Shown here in pieces: positions 51,636-64,000 of a stretch of 64,000 bases of DNA. Made by a program: the position numbers and the translations under genes. The notes below the pieces were generated by a model. The model had not been told where the DNA came from, did not search any database, and worked only from the letters and a program-made list of their open reading frames with translations. This DNA comes from Octopus vulgaris (taxonomy: Eukaryota). Where the stretch lies: positions 174,282,001 to 174,346,000 of the forward strand of contig OX597816.1 in assembly GCA_951406725.2 (NCBI GenBank), read 5' to 3'. Numbering within the stretch: position 1 is the first letter of the stretch; every line of letters begins with the position of its first letter.

Positions 51636-52279
51636 GCCTATTTAAAGAGTTAAGATGGCTCAAATGAAAAGTCCTATCCGAAAGCCGTGATTGGTCAGTT
51701 TACACACTGGCGCGAAGTAAGTAGAGAGACAGACCGTGCTTAGATGCTAACCAATCAAAATAGTGGACACAACAACATTAAACTAGCCAAAGATGTTTGT
51801 AATCTCAAACGAGATCATTCTTAATATTTTTCTCAAACAGTGAAGATAGCAATGAAGAAAACAATATTGCTACAGCCTCAATCAGCTGTGTTTTTGTAGG
51901 TTGTGTAGTTCTATCAGACCTACTCAAGCAAACTTAGTATAACAACAGTACTGAGAACAGCAGTGTTTGTAAGGGAGGTATTGATAATTGCATAGTTTTC
52001 TGAGTGGAATATGACATTAAGGTAGTCCATCAAAATGTTAGCAAAGACTAAGTAACATTATTTTTTGTTACCCTTGTGTTTATTTGGTTTTATTTAGCAT
52101 TGTTCATTACATCTCAATATAGGATGTTTTTTATCCACACAATATAAGTTAGCACTTACTTTACAACATCAAAATAGTTGCTTAAGAGTTTCCAGTATAA
52201 TCCCAATCATAATATATTGGTAAGAATTAAAATTATTGATTCATGACTATGGACATCAACACAAGTTCGCAAGTAGCAA

Positions 52280-53000
52280 TTACTGAGCATCTGATTTTCC
52301 CCTGGCTAAATACACTTGTCTTCTAGCCTCCCTCCTAACTATCTGATATAGTTCCCTACTAACACCACTCTTCCAGTCTTTCCAGGCCTGCTTCTTTACT
52401 CTAATGGCCTTGTCTAAAACATCACTCCCCCACCTGGTCACCCTAGTTCTTGTTGGGACTTTGCACCAGCTGCAAATTTCTTCTGTAGCACTCAGCAAGA
52501 TGTCCTGCAGGAATTTTCAGTTGCCCTCTATGTTACAAGTCCTCCTTCTCATCAAATTTCTCAATTAAGGTGTCCCTAAACCTCTGACCATATAAAGGAT
52601 CCTTAAGATTCTAAATCTTCTTTTCCAGATTGGTCTGCTTCTAGGCAACCTTCTGGCCTGAAGTCTAAAGTCTCTGATGACTAGTCTATGCTGGGGGGTA
52701 CATTTTTCACAAGGGGAGGTCTTTGCATTTATGAACAACCATATATCTTGCTGTCTGGTGAGAATGAAATCAATCTGGCTAGTGTGGTCACCTGATTGAT
52801 AGGTAAGCAGGCAACTGGCTTTCTGAAGTTGGTGTTGCAGATCATTAAGTTATTTGCATCGCAGAACTTCAGTAGCCTTGTTCCTTCCTCATTTCAAGAA
52901 CCAATTTCATGACCCCCATGTACTCTATGGAAGGTACCTAGCTGCTGCTCAAAATATCCATATGAGACCCTTGTCTTTGAGTTAGCCTGCAGAAGGATTG
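52280..53000 (-). mobile_element. RTE LINE endonuclease-side fragment
   Basis: EEGTRLLKFCDANNLMICNT, SQIDFILTR, QHRLVI and AIRVKKQAWKDWK. Confidence 0.8.
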
Positions 53001-53074
53001 AAAGAGTAGTGGCAGCAGGGAACTATATCAGGTGGCTAGAAGGGAGGCTAGAAGGGAGGCTAGAAGCGGAAAGA

Positions 53075-54133
53075 CTTAGATATTTCTTGTGTAATGAAAC
53101 CAGTCATTTCTGAGGTGAACTTCATTTAGAGTCATGCTCTTAATCACTGCCAGTTCCAGGCTTTTCTTGAAGAAATTGATTCTGAATTCTGTGCAGTAAA
53201 GTTCTGTTTTGTTTTTATAAACTCTGAAGAGAAATAGATATTTCCTTCACTGAAAAGGATAGAGCTGATTCACTTTGGTTAGATCCTACCTGGCTGTAAA
53301 AGTTATCATTTTTGGTTGATATCATATCCCACTTGAATGAATTGAACTTGAAGCTTCAGGTAAAGGATAACCTTATCTGTAATCTCTACAGAATCATCAA
53401 GGGATTTCAGAGAAAGCTATTATTGTTTCAAGCACAATTGGAAGGAGGAGACTTCTCACATTTTAAGGGTTTAAAGAATTTCGGGCTAGAATCACAGATG
53501 TCAACCTTGAGCTCTGAAGATTATTTGTGATTTTGGAGTGGTTTTCAGATTTCGACAGAATTGAGTGACATTATTCTGGTCCAGAATCCATTTGATGATG
53601 TACCAGTCAAACTACAGTTGGTACTCATTGATTTGCAAGCAAATGACTTGTTGAAAGAGAAGTACAGAGAAGGAAAACTTGCAGAATTTTATCCCTGATT
53701 ATCTGATGATGAGATTTCAAGTTTGAAGAAATTTGCCTCTGGCATGGCATCAGTGTTTGGAACAACTTATGTCTGTGAAGTCAGCACATCGAACGAGGTT
53801 GACTGATGAATATTTGAAAGCAATTCTCTTGGCTGGATGCAGCAATTTCAAAGCAAATATTGATGAGATCTTAAAGCTAAACACCAGTTTCACACATCAC
53901 ACTAACCTTTTTTGCTGTTTAGTTTGTGACATTTGAACACGTGCACACTGAGTGTGATATAATTATCTTATTGCTAATGTCAGCTTCTTAGATAATATTT
54001 CGGTAAATAAATATGTTGATTGTCTTTAGTTTTTGTGTATTTACTGTCGTGTATTGAACAAAATGGTTATACAGCTCATGCTCATCATTCTTTGTTATCT
54101 GGACCCACTGTGTAAAAAGTTTGGTGACACCTG
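53075..54133 (+). mobile_element. hAT-Charlie (GTF2IRD2/SPIN-like) remnant
   Basis: DIISHLNELNLKLQ, VFGTTYVCE and HRTRLTDE; right TIR-like TTTGGTGACACCTG. Confidence 0.82.
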
Positions 54134-54373
54134 CACTACACTAATACCACAAATAATTATAAGGTATCATATTAGGTGCTATAAAGCATTTTTGTACAGC
54201 TATAAATTCACTAAACTACTGCACCGTCAATTGTGAAATACTATTGTCTTGCTCCCAGTAATATACCAATACTACAAAAATGTAAGGTCCTGTATTGTAA
54301 AGAACATCCAAAAAATTAATAAATAATTACTTAGCTTTCATACCCATTCTACAACCAAACAAAAAAATCTTAC

Positions 54374-54492
54374 CAACATCATCTTGCTTTTCCAAGCCAA
54401 CAGCCTTGAGGACCTTGACACGAGTTAAAAGAACTGGCTCTCTTGAAAAGCATTGCCAAAAGCTCTTCACGGGTTGGTCATGGATTAGATGC
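54374..54492 (-). CDS. CAPN5: Calpain-5 exon, domain III to C2 linker
   Basis: 119-nt exon with canonical splice sites, phase-compatible with both neighbours; encodes HLIHDQPVKSFWQCFSREPVLLTRVKVLKAVGLEKQDDV. Confidence 0.9.
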
Positions 54493-54736
54493 CTATAAGA
54501 AAATTATAGATGTAAAGCATTTTCTACTTATTTACATTTCATAGTATATCTTGATTATCAGTATATATATCATGTTTTCACAACACTATGTTCTTGTTTT
54601 CATGTTGTGTGTCAAAAGAAAGTCAGCTTGCCCATATCCATTCCTTTAAAGACCCCTTACAATTTCCAGAAATTGAGATTTAAAGAGTGAAGGAAGTGAA
54701 GTGAAATTTAGATCAGGAGAGCTTACCACAACTCTA

Positions 54737-55691
54737 TTACATGGAAAATGCGAGCAAGAGAAATAATATTCCTAAGATATTAAACCTGGAAAAAAGTACA
54801 GGACAAGTTATTACACTTGGAAAAGTTCAGGACAACTTATTACATCTGGTAAAGTACAGAACAAGAAAATTTATACTTAAATCATTGCAGCTAAGGATAA
54901 AATTTCAAATAAAATATTTAGATTTAGAAAATATTAGCTTTTATTAAAACTAAAAATTTTATTACAAGTTATTACTTCTATTAAAAATAAAAAATAACTC
55001 AAAATATTTTTGCACTTTAGAAATAATACAAAAATTAGTTATATATTACACTAAAATCTACCTATAACAACAAATTCACAGTAAAATTTATTTGAGTTAT
55101 TGCCAAGTCTTCATATTTTTAGTCTTGACCCAATGTCTATTTTTTACATAATGAATTTGCCTGCCACATGTGCTATTCTACTTTGCATAAAACTTTAGCT
55201 ATTTTGGTTCTGGTTCTCCTTTTTCAAGTATTCTAGTGTGTCAATATTTAAAAAAAATAAGGCGGCAAACTGGCAGAAATGTTAGCACGCTGGGCAAAAT
55301 GCTTAGTGGTATTTTGTCTGTCTTTATATTTCTGAGTTCAAATTCTGCCGAGGTCGACTTTGCTTTTCATCCTTTCAGAGTCAACAAATTAAGTACCAGT
55401 TGCATACTGAGTTGATCTAATTGACTGGCCCCCTCGTCAAAAATTTTGGGCCTTGTGCCTAGAGTAGAAAAGAATATTGTAACAAAATGATGGTACCTTT
55501 TTTAATTATGTTACTTTGTAAATTAAAATCAAATAATTTTTGATATTCAAATTTTATCCTTAGCTGCAATATTTTAAGTAAAAATTTTATTGTTCTGTAC
55601 TTTACCAGATGTAATAACTTGTCCTGTAATTTTCTAAGTGTAATAATTTGTCCTGTGATCATTTCTCTTGCTCGCATTTTTTCATGTAATC
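54737..55691. mobile_element. Foldback/long-TIR element with an internal family B SINE
   Basis: 54737-54920 matches the reverse complement of 55535-55691 (AAATGCGAGCAAGAGAAAT...TTATTACATCTGGTAAAGTACAGAAC). Confidence 0.8.
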
Positions 55692-55795
55692 CATGTTTTT
55701 CCAGGCTATGCTATTATGCTAATTAATAATGTGTCAATTAGCAGTGTCACAGATAATGTTTTCCTTACCTCAATGACACCGGTGACATACATTAA

Positions 55796-56016
55796 CCCTT
55801 TTGCTACCGTATTTATTTTGAGATGCTCTGTGTTTCTTTCAATTATTTTAAATATAACAAAGAATTTAGTAAAATAACTTAGTTATCATTAAGCTAATGT
55901 TAGGAACATAAATTGTGACTAAGGTTTGGTGGAAGATTTTAATTGAAAACTTATGAAAAGAAGACATTTATACTACAGAGCCAAAGCCGGTTTTAGCCGG
56001 GTTGGTAACGAAAGGG
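55796..56016. mobile_element. piggyBac-like MITE
   Basis: TTAA|CCCTTTTGCTACC...GGTAACGAAAGGG|TTAA. Confidence 0.85.
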
Positions 56017-56199
56017 TTAAAAGTCCCTTTATAGAACTATATTCATAAAAAAGTATAGAACTATATCATTACCCTCAAACTTGAGAAACAAACACTCATA
56101 ACTTTTTCTTTTAAAACTTCATTACACGAGATTGATACCATGAAATTCCTCAAATAGAGGTCTATCAATTAAGCTTAATTAAAATATAGCTTTCTATTT

Positions 56200-57225
56200 T
56201 CTTCCAGTACTGTCTCAACAATGGTGCTACTCCGGAGCAGTGGAAAACTGCCAGTGTCATTCCTCTGTTCAAAAAGGGCGACCGCACATCACCTGTCAAC
56301 TATCGCCCAGTCAGTCTCACTAGCTGTATTGCAAAACCGATGGAATCGTGTGTCAGAGAAACACTTTGGAACTTCTGGAGCTCTCACAGTCTCATCCGAC
56401 CCTCACAATATGGATTTGTCCCTAACTCCAGCTGCAGTGATCAGCTTGTCGAGTTCCTTGAGGACATTACTCAGATCACTGTGGCTCATGGGTGGATGTT
56501 GTCTACCTTGACTTTGCTAAGGCTTTCAACTCTGTGCCACACAAAAGGCTTATGGTGAAACTCTCTGCAATGGATGTAAGGGATGACCTTTTTAACTGGT
56601 TGAAATCCTTCATTCTCAACCGAAAGGAGGTAGTCACAGTTCTAGGACAGCATTCTACACCATATGAGATGTCATCGGGTGTACCACAGGGATCTGTCTT
56701 TGGTCCCCTCTTGTTTGTGGCATACATTAATGACATAGATGCAAATTTAAAGAATGCCACAGTATTGAAATATGCAAACGACATCAAGCTGTACCTTGAA
56801 ATCAAGAGGACAGATCCTGTTGTCTACAGCTCTTTCCTGCAATCAGACCTGGACACAATGCAGCAATGGAACTGGCTGTGGACAAGTGTACCACCATGCA
56901 TTTTGGGAGAAAAAAACCCTGCGTCCACATACTCCCTCCACAACACTGATATCAAGAAATCCTCTTGTGAGCGTGACCTAGGCATCACTGTCAGCAGTGA
57001 TTTGCGTTGGACAAAGCATATCTCTAAAATTGTCAAGAAGGCCGAGGGTGTCTTGGCATCACTCAGCAAGACTTTTGTTAGCCGCTCTCCAGCCATCTAT
57101 TTAAAACTGTATACAGCTATGGTACGACCACACTTGGAATTCGCATCATCAGTTTGGAACCCCTATCTTGCTCAGAACATTGACCTCCTGGAATCTTTTC
57201 AGAGACGTGCAACCAAACGCATAAC
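56200..57225 (+). mobile_element. CR1 LINE reverse transcriptase fragment
   Basis: NYRPVSLT, DVVYLDFAKAF, SGVPQGSV, YAND (decayed YADD), ERDLGI and VRPHLEFAS.VWNP. Confidence 0.92.
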
Positions 57226-57605
57226 CAAACTGAATTAGCAGCAAGCTCTGAAAGGTGATGCACATGAGTAAATTGCAGCCTTAAGAATATTATTCAACTA
57301 CTACCATAGTTGAATGATACCAGCAATTCATTGCCTGTTTATTAGTCACTGATACCTACTTTCAATCCCTCCATCTGCCACTCTAGTCATCTATCCAATC
57401 ATGCCTGCCTGCCACACCTGTCTGTTTTCCAGGCCTGTTTGCTATACAAGTTATACATGGAGATGAGGCAAAATTTAGTTTTAAACCATACTCTAACCTC
57501 TTCCTTCAGTAATAAAAAAATAACAAACTATTAAATAAGCAAAAATATTTTTTTTTAACTATCAAATAGTAAAAAAAAAAGCCAAAGAAAGCAACAATTA
57601 CTTAC

Positions 57606-57808
57606 TTAAAAGAATTGTCTGAAGATGTATATACTCGCAGTAAAAAGCTTCCTTCAATGTCAGCTTTAAATGTGCATGGGATAATTACATAACGGCCCTT
57701 TTTCAGACTGTCTTTAAAAAATATAGAGCGGCTGTTTCGAAAAACGGTACTATTCAATACTTCTTGATAAAAGAGATTGTGAATACGATAGCGACGGTTC
57801 TCTTCAAC
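57606..57808 (-). CDS. CAPN5: Calpain-5 (TRA-3-like) internal exon, domain III
   Basis: AG..GT-bounded 203-nt exon encoding VEENRRYRIHNLFYQEVLNSTVFRNSRSIFLKDSLKKGRYVIIPCTFKADIEGSFLLRVYTSSDNSF, matching the recalled CAPN5 motifs VEENR..YR, GRYVIIPxTF and FLLRV. Upstream exons were not found in the window. Confidence 0.93.
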
Positions 57809-58399
57809 CTGTTTAAGCAGAGATTTATGTGGAAAGAAACAGAAAGAACAATGTGTTATTGAAACTGAAATGAAGAGATTTTGCTAAAGCAAGTTAAATT
57901 TGTCATGAAGCAAATAGTCTGGGGTATAAACAAGGAAAACTAGCAACTCACAATTGTGATATTTTCTATTGGTGATTTGTTATATATAAAGTTAGGGCTC
58001 TTAATTCTCTCTCTCTCTCCCTCTCTTTCATATATGTATCATCATTATTATCTTCTTTATAGTTCAATAGGATCCAACAGGTCTACAGTCTTTATCATGC
58101 TCCAATGTCTGCCAACCACCTTACAGAGTGTACTGGGTGCTATTTTCATGGCACCCACACTAACGAGTTTGCCTTGCAAGTTACAAGTCTATAATCACCT
58201 TCAAGTGAATGGGGCTACAGCAGTGAGGGAGGCAGCTTTATGCTAGATTATGTAGGGTTAAAGTATGAAAGAAAAGACCCTGAATCAAAGGTATCATCAA
58301 TCAGTTGTGGACCTGAGCCCCCACTGGTCAAGGCATTCAACTGTGCCATTGTTTTCATACTGTCTTTACATACATCAATATATTCCATTCACTCTTACC

Positions 58400-59350
58400 T
58401 CCCATCTATCTTCCCGATGAAACAAAAACTCATCTTCAACTTCTGTATTCTACTTTCTGACACCACAATCTCTCTAATCTTTACTGTACTTCCAATAATC
58501 ACCTTTAAAAATGATAAGAACCTTGAAAATCTCCTTGCAAGAAGCTACACACTATCCAGCCCCACACAACTAAACACTTTTAAATGTGCACACTGGCAAG
58601 GCAACAGCTACCCCTACATTAACAATACTACTACTGTCATCATTGGTCCTAAGACACAATATCATATTATTCAGAACTTCTGTTGCACATCATCTCACCT
58701 TATATACTACATCATAAATTATCAACCATCGTACAAACAATAACTCGGAGCACCTCTTCAAACTCCACCCATCTAACACCCGTGGACATATTTACAAAGT
58801 CAGAAAACAGCACAGCTCCCATGACTTCAGGAAACATTTTTTCACGCTGAGAGTTGCTGAAGCATGGAACAAACTGCCGGCATCAGTTGTTAGTTGTCGG
58901 AGCACTGCATCCTTCAAAACTTCCATGCTTCCTGAGATTCGCCAACACTATACCTGATTTTTTCCCCTCAATACACACACAGGCATGTATCTGACTCATA
59001 CATTGTTCGCTTTCCAGACATTTTTACATTACTGCATATGCTTTATATGCACTTTCTGACAAGTTGTGGTGCACCTGAGCACTGTATACAATAATTTCAT
59101 TATTATTATTATCATATGCAAACTTTGAGACACCCTTAACATTGAGGAAACCGACCTACTTCAATATTACAAGCCATTCTATTGTTCATTTATCAGCATG
59201 CAGCATTGCGACACACATTTCATATTCAAACTTGGCACCATGGCACCAAGTAAAAATGAACATTTCTCAGATTTTTTGCCATTCTCCTCATTTTCAACTT
59301 TGCCTGTTTTTCCTCATTCCATTGCTCTTTCCTTCTCCCTACTTACACTA
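58400..59350 (+). mobile_element. Penelope/Poseidon-type PLE remnant interrupted by a CR1 tail
   Basis: PIITFKNDKNLENLLARS and NFCCTSSHLIYYI (GIY-YIG linker); ATCATA at both ends of the CR1 insert; FIFKLGTMAP afterwards. Confidence 0.65.
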
Positions 59351-59715
59351 TTTCTTCTACTACTTCTTCTTTACATGTGAAGCTCATGTGGTCCTGTATT
59401 TTTCATCAGTTGCAACCAGTTTTTTTTTTAACATAGAGGATGTGTATATATGGTAAAAATGTGTATGTATGTGTATGCACACACACAAAGTAAAATTGAT
59501 AAAGAATACAATGAACATTTAAAACTTAGAGGGTGTAAAACTGCTCTTATTTAGTTCTCTCCCTTCAACTTTTCCTGAAGAAGGATCATCATCATCATCA
59601 TCATCATCATCGTTTAGCGTCCGTTTTCCATGCTAGCATGGGTTGTCTCAAATGTTGGATTTTCTGCTCTTTATGGCAAGTTCACTGGGTTCTTTATTGA
59701 TTTTACTTGTGTGTA

Positions 59716-59764
<49 letters not shown>

Positions 59765-59769
59765 GAAGG

Positions 59770-59820
59770 AGCTTCTACAGGACTAGAACTGTTTCATTCA
59801 AGAGAAATCATCTGGAAGCT
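59770..59820 (-). ncRNA. Type I hammerhead ribozyme motif with a core variant (CAGAUGA)
   Basis: AGCUUC-CAGAUGA-UUUCUCUUGAAU-GAAACAG-UUCUAGUC-CUGUA-GAAGCU: 6-bp stem I, UUC/GAA stem II, ACAG/CUGU stem III, GUA triplet. Confidence 0.7.
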
Positions 59821-60029
59821 AGTTAACAAGAATTGTATTGGCATTTATACATTTAGGCAGGTTTAAAGGGGTGGTGGTGGGGGACTTTTTGGGGGTAGGC
59901 ATAGCGCAAAAATATCATACTTGGGGGAGTGGTCAAGGAGTCAGTGGTAAATTAGATAAAAGAATAAATAAAAGAATAAAAAAATATATAGAAGAATAGA
60001 GTTTTAGGTAAATAAGGAGATTCTCACTT

Positions 60030-60123
60030 ATACATATACACATATGTATATATATACACACACACACACACATATACATACATACACACACACACATATA
60101 TATATACATATACATACACACAC

Positions 60124-60154
<31 letters not shown>

Positions 60155-60327
60155 CATATATATGCATACATATATATACAGACACACATGTATATATACA
60201 CACACGACCACACATACATATACACACAAAAATATATACATACACACACATACACATACACACACATATCCACATACACACATGCACACACAAGTCCCTA
60301 TATACACATATATACATATATATATAC

Positions 60328-60362
<35 letters not shown>

Positions 60363-60784
60363 CACATATGTGTACCTATACATACCTACACATACACACA
60401 TATACATACAAATACAAACCCATTCCCTAATTTTAATTTTATTATTATCTTCATTTATTACTTTTGTTATCTTTGACCGCAGGTCACAAGCATCTTGGCT
60501 ACGACAGCAAGTCCATTTATCTTTCTACTTGAACACAAGCACTCACTCACGCACGCACACTCATTAGCACGCACACTCACTAGCACGCACACTCACTCAT
60601 TCGTACACTCATACACATACACGCACGCACGCGTTATATTCATACATACATACATCTACATACATTCACATATATACACATACGTACGCGTACCTACAGA
60701 TTCATGTCTACACGCTTAGAAGACTAGTCCATACATATACACCAATAAATATATATACACACATACATATACACCTACATACAA

Positions 60785-60828
<44 letters not shown>

Positions 60829-60954
60829 GTATATATACATACATACATACACCCATACATACATACATATATACACATACACACACATATACATACATAT
60901 ACGCGCATACATACACATACATATACATACACATACACATACATATATATATAT

Positions 60955-60985
<31 letters not shown>

Positions 60986-61387
60986 CATATATACACATAC
61001 ATACATGTACATACATACATATACATATATACACACACATACATACACAAATACATACACACACATACACATATACATGCGTACCCATACACACACACAC
61101 ACGCGCATCCATATATACACATAAGTACACACATGCGTCAAAGTATACATATATCTATACATATGCTTACACATACACACACACACACGCGCCTCCTTAT
61201 GTTCATATACATACATGCATACTCAAAAAATAAATAATAAATATTAAGTATATATACGTGCAGTTACCTATTATACAGACGGATACATACATATAAACTT
61301 ATGCACATATATACATATATATATGTATATATATATATAAATATATATACATACTTACACATATGTACATATACATACACACATATG

Positions 61388-61443
<56 letters not shown>

Positions 61444-61678
61444 TATACATACACATACACACACATACACATACACATATATATATATATATATATATAC
61501 ATATACATACATATACACACATACACACACACACATATATATATACACACACACATATACATATACATACACACATATACACATATATATATATACATAT
61601 ATATATACACATGTGTGCATACATACATACATACTCATACACACACACACACTTACACATACATATATACACACACTT

Positions 61679-61719
<41 letters not shown>

Positions 61720-61926
61720 TATACACACACATATTCACATATATATATATATATACATATACCCACACATACACACATATATACATATATACATACATAT
61801 ACACACATACTCACACACACACATATATATATATACATGCACATACACATACATATATATATACACATATATACACATGCACATACGTATAATTCTACAT
61901 ACCTACATATACATACACATATATAT

Positions 61927-61973
<47 letters not shown>

Positions 61974-62165
61974 CACACATATATATATACCCATCTACAA
62001 TCTGTATATACACACATACATGCACATACACATAACTCTACATACCTACATATACATCGACATACTCGCGTACACTTATATATATATATACATATACACA
62101 TATATATACATATATATATATATATATTTATATATATTTATATATAAATATATATATATACACAC

Positions 62166-62198
<33 letters not shown>

Positions 62199-62199
62199 T

Positions 62200-62239
<40 letters not shown>

Positions 62240-62650
62240 ACAATTGAGGGTAAAGTTAATTAGTTATTAATCAATTTCACCAAGTATTCAGTATGTAAAA
62301 GGACCATTATTTTTTGAGTAAACAATGTCTGAGGGAAAATATTCTCTAAGTAGTGGAAGAGGCTAAAAAACTTTTTGGGCTGCTATTTCTAGAAAGTTCA
62401 GTATGTGGCAAAGTAATTTATTTTACTAAGCCCTAATTATATAATATTTTATATATACATACATATATATACACACATACATATACATATGCATACACAC
62501 ATATATACATATATATACACACACACACACACACATACATATATATATATTTTTACATACATACACACACACATAATACATGCGTATATTCCTACTATAC
62601 CCATACATTTCTATACATATATACGATACACATATACAAGCGTACACATA
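60030..62650. repeat. Compound (CA)/(TA)/(CATA) microsatellite field
   Basis: About 2.6 kb of degenerate purine/pyrimidine alternation with short unique islands; source of the spurious Y/I/H/T and V/C/M/Y ORFs. Confidence 0.95.
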
Positions 62651-62735
62651 CAATATGTGAAAGGTCTTAGGAGAAAAGGTAATCGGGGGTGCTAGGGGAA
62701 CGGTGGGATTGGGGGGGTTTGTGGGTGGGGTGTCA

Positions 62736-64000
62736 TCAATCTGGTTGCAGGGTAGGTCTATAGTTCTTGTAGTTTGCATAATTCTTATGCATGCAATTTG
62801 GGGAGTGTTCTGAGATCTTGTTAAGGAGAGGGCCTTTGGCGAACAAGATCTCTAGGCTCTCCGAAATGCAAAGGTCACAGCAGGTATGGCCTCCTGTGTA
62901 CGAACGCGCCTTCTGTAGTAGTTTCCACTTGGTCTTGAAGGGGATGGAGTTCCTTTTAAGGTACCAGATGTGGGCGGCGAGGGTAGTTTGGTTGGATTTA
63001 TCTGGTCGCCAGAACGAGTGTGTGTGGGCGTACCAACGGGTCTTAAAGCTGTTTGACGTCATTCCGATGTAGGATTTTCTTTTATCATCAGGGCCTGATC
63101 TTACCTCGCATGTATATACTAGGTCCCTCTGTAGGCAGTTGTTGTTGAGGGGGCAGGTGGTTTTATCAGGGCAGTTGCAATTGCTATCGGACGTTGGATG
63201 GGCCTCGGAAAAAGTAGATATATTAAGTTTTTTCACATTGTTGTTGGCTAGGTTCCTGGCTAGATTGGGCGTGGTAGAGTAGGAGAGTCTAATAGTGTTC
63301 TTATTTAGGATAGTGTAGTACTTATGTTGGGTGGGGAAGTGTTTCTGTAGGAGAGTGAAGAAGATTTTAGCTACAGGTGTAGCGACCTCACGGTTGAAGG
63401 GGGGTTGTACCAGCTAATGTGTCTTCGTCTATTTTTCCTGGGTTGGCGTGGGGCTATACTAGTATAGGTAATCTTATCTTTAAAGCCACTGCGGGCCAGG
63501 GCCTCGTTGTAATAGGGGGCTGCGGCCTTAAAGATATCTTCCGTGGCGGACAGGCTAGAAATTCTAATTGAGACACTTTTTACTAGGTTATCTAATATAT
63601 TTTTGGGGTGGTTGGAATTAATGTCTATATATCTAAGGGATTCATTTGGTTTGTAGTACGGGTAATAAAGTGAGGTTTTTAAGTCGAGGGTGACGTCAAG
63701 GAAGTTAGCTTTGGTTAAGTTGGATTCTAAGGTAATCCTAAGGCCTAAGTTTTTAAAGAAGGTGTAAAGATTTTTCCGGAACCCATCCGTGGTCCTGGGG
63801 TTTATTTTGTGGAGGGCGAAAAGGCCGTCATCGCGGTAAAGACCACCGGAGAGGCCTGTGAATAGGGTCTTCAGCCTATGGAGGATGAAAAGGCCCACTA
63901 GGTCACTTATTTCAGCAGAGTCGTTAGCACCCATGCTGACGTCGAAGGGGGTCACAGATTTTTTGTTGATCCAGTGGGATCCGTCGTGGAAAAGAAAAGT
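62736..64000 (-). mobile_element. Naiad-type Penelope-like element, RT plus GIY-YIG, nearly intact, runs off the window end
   Basis: FDVSMGANDSAEISDLVGLFIL, GLYRDDGL, NFLDVTLDL, SNHP, CNC.....CPL...C, VY..SYIGMT, FKTRW..H..SF, CDLC and LLNK..CMH; one frameshift near 63400. Confidence 0.92.

Noticed and set aside
59933-62779. Many long ORFs (up to 294 aa) rich in Y/I/H/T or V/C/M/Y
   Set aside because: Stop-free translations of CA/TA microsatellites in several frames; the same applies to 46873-47332 and 48995-49520.
62736-63236. Selenocysteine recoding, as reported for some Naiad elements
   Set aside because: The conserved Cys positions are ordinary Cys codons in an open frame, with no in-frame UGA in this region.

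Overview
Eukaryotic, AT-rich, repeat-dense genomic DNA. The SINE and LINE families and the CA/TA microsatellite load point to a coleoid cephalopod, most likely Octopus (inference). Two spliced host genes lie on the minus strand: the last four coding exons of calpain-5/TRA-3 (57808 to 46678; domain III plus C2 domain) and, about 20 kb downstream, the first two coding exons of a PEX11 peroxin (25968-25793 and 9278-9163). Most of the rest is transposable-element debris: Naiad-type and Penelope-type PLEs with hammerhead motifs, three hAT elements, Merlin, mariner and pogo remnants, piggyBac-type and GGATC-ended MITEs, Gypsy LTR pieces, RTE, CR1, Tx1/L1 and R4 LINE fragments, and several tRNA-derived SINE families. 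Most long ORFs in 46.8-49.5 kb and 59.9-62.7 kb are microsatellite artefacts. The most unusual signals are: a 96-bp insertion made of a palindromic 70-bp mini-LTR plus an 18-nt tRNA-Trp primer site; a 73-bp fold-back with strongly one-directional transitions (possible editing or deamination fossil); variant-core hammerheads; an ABAB SINE concatemer inside one target-site duplication (TSD); a triple-nested MITE stack; and a near-intact Naiad PLE. All family assignments rest on motif recognition, not database searches.
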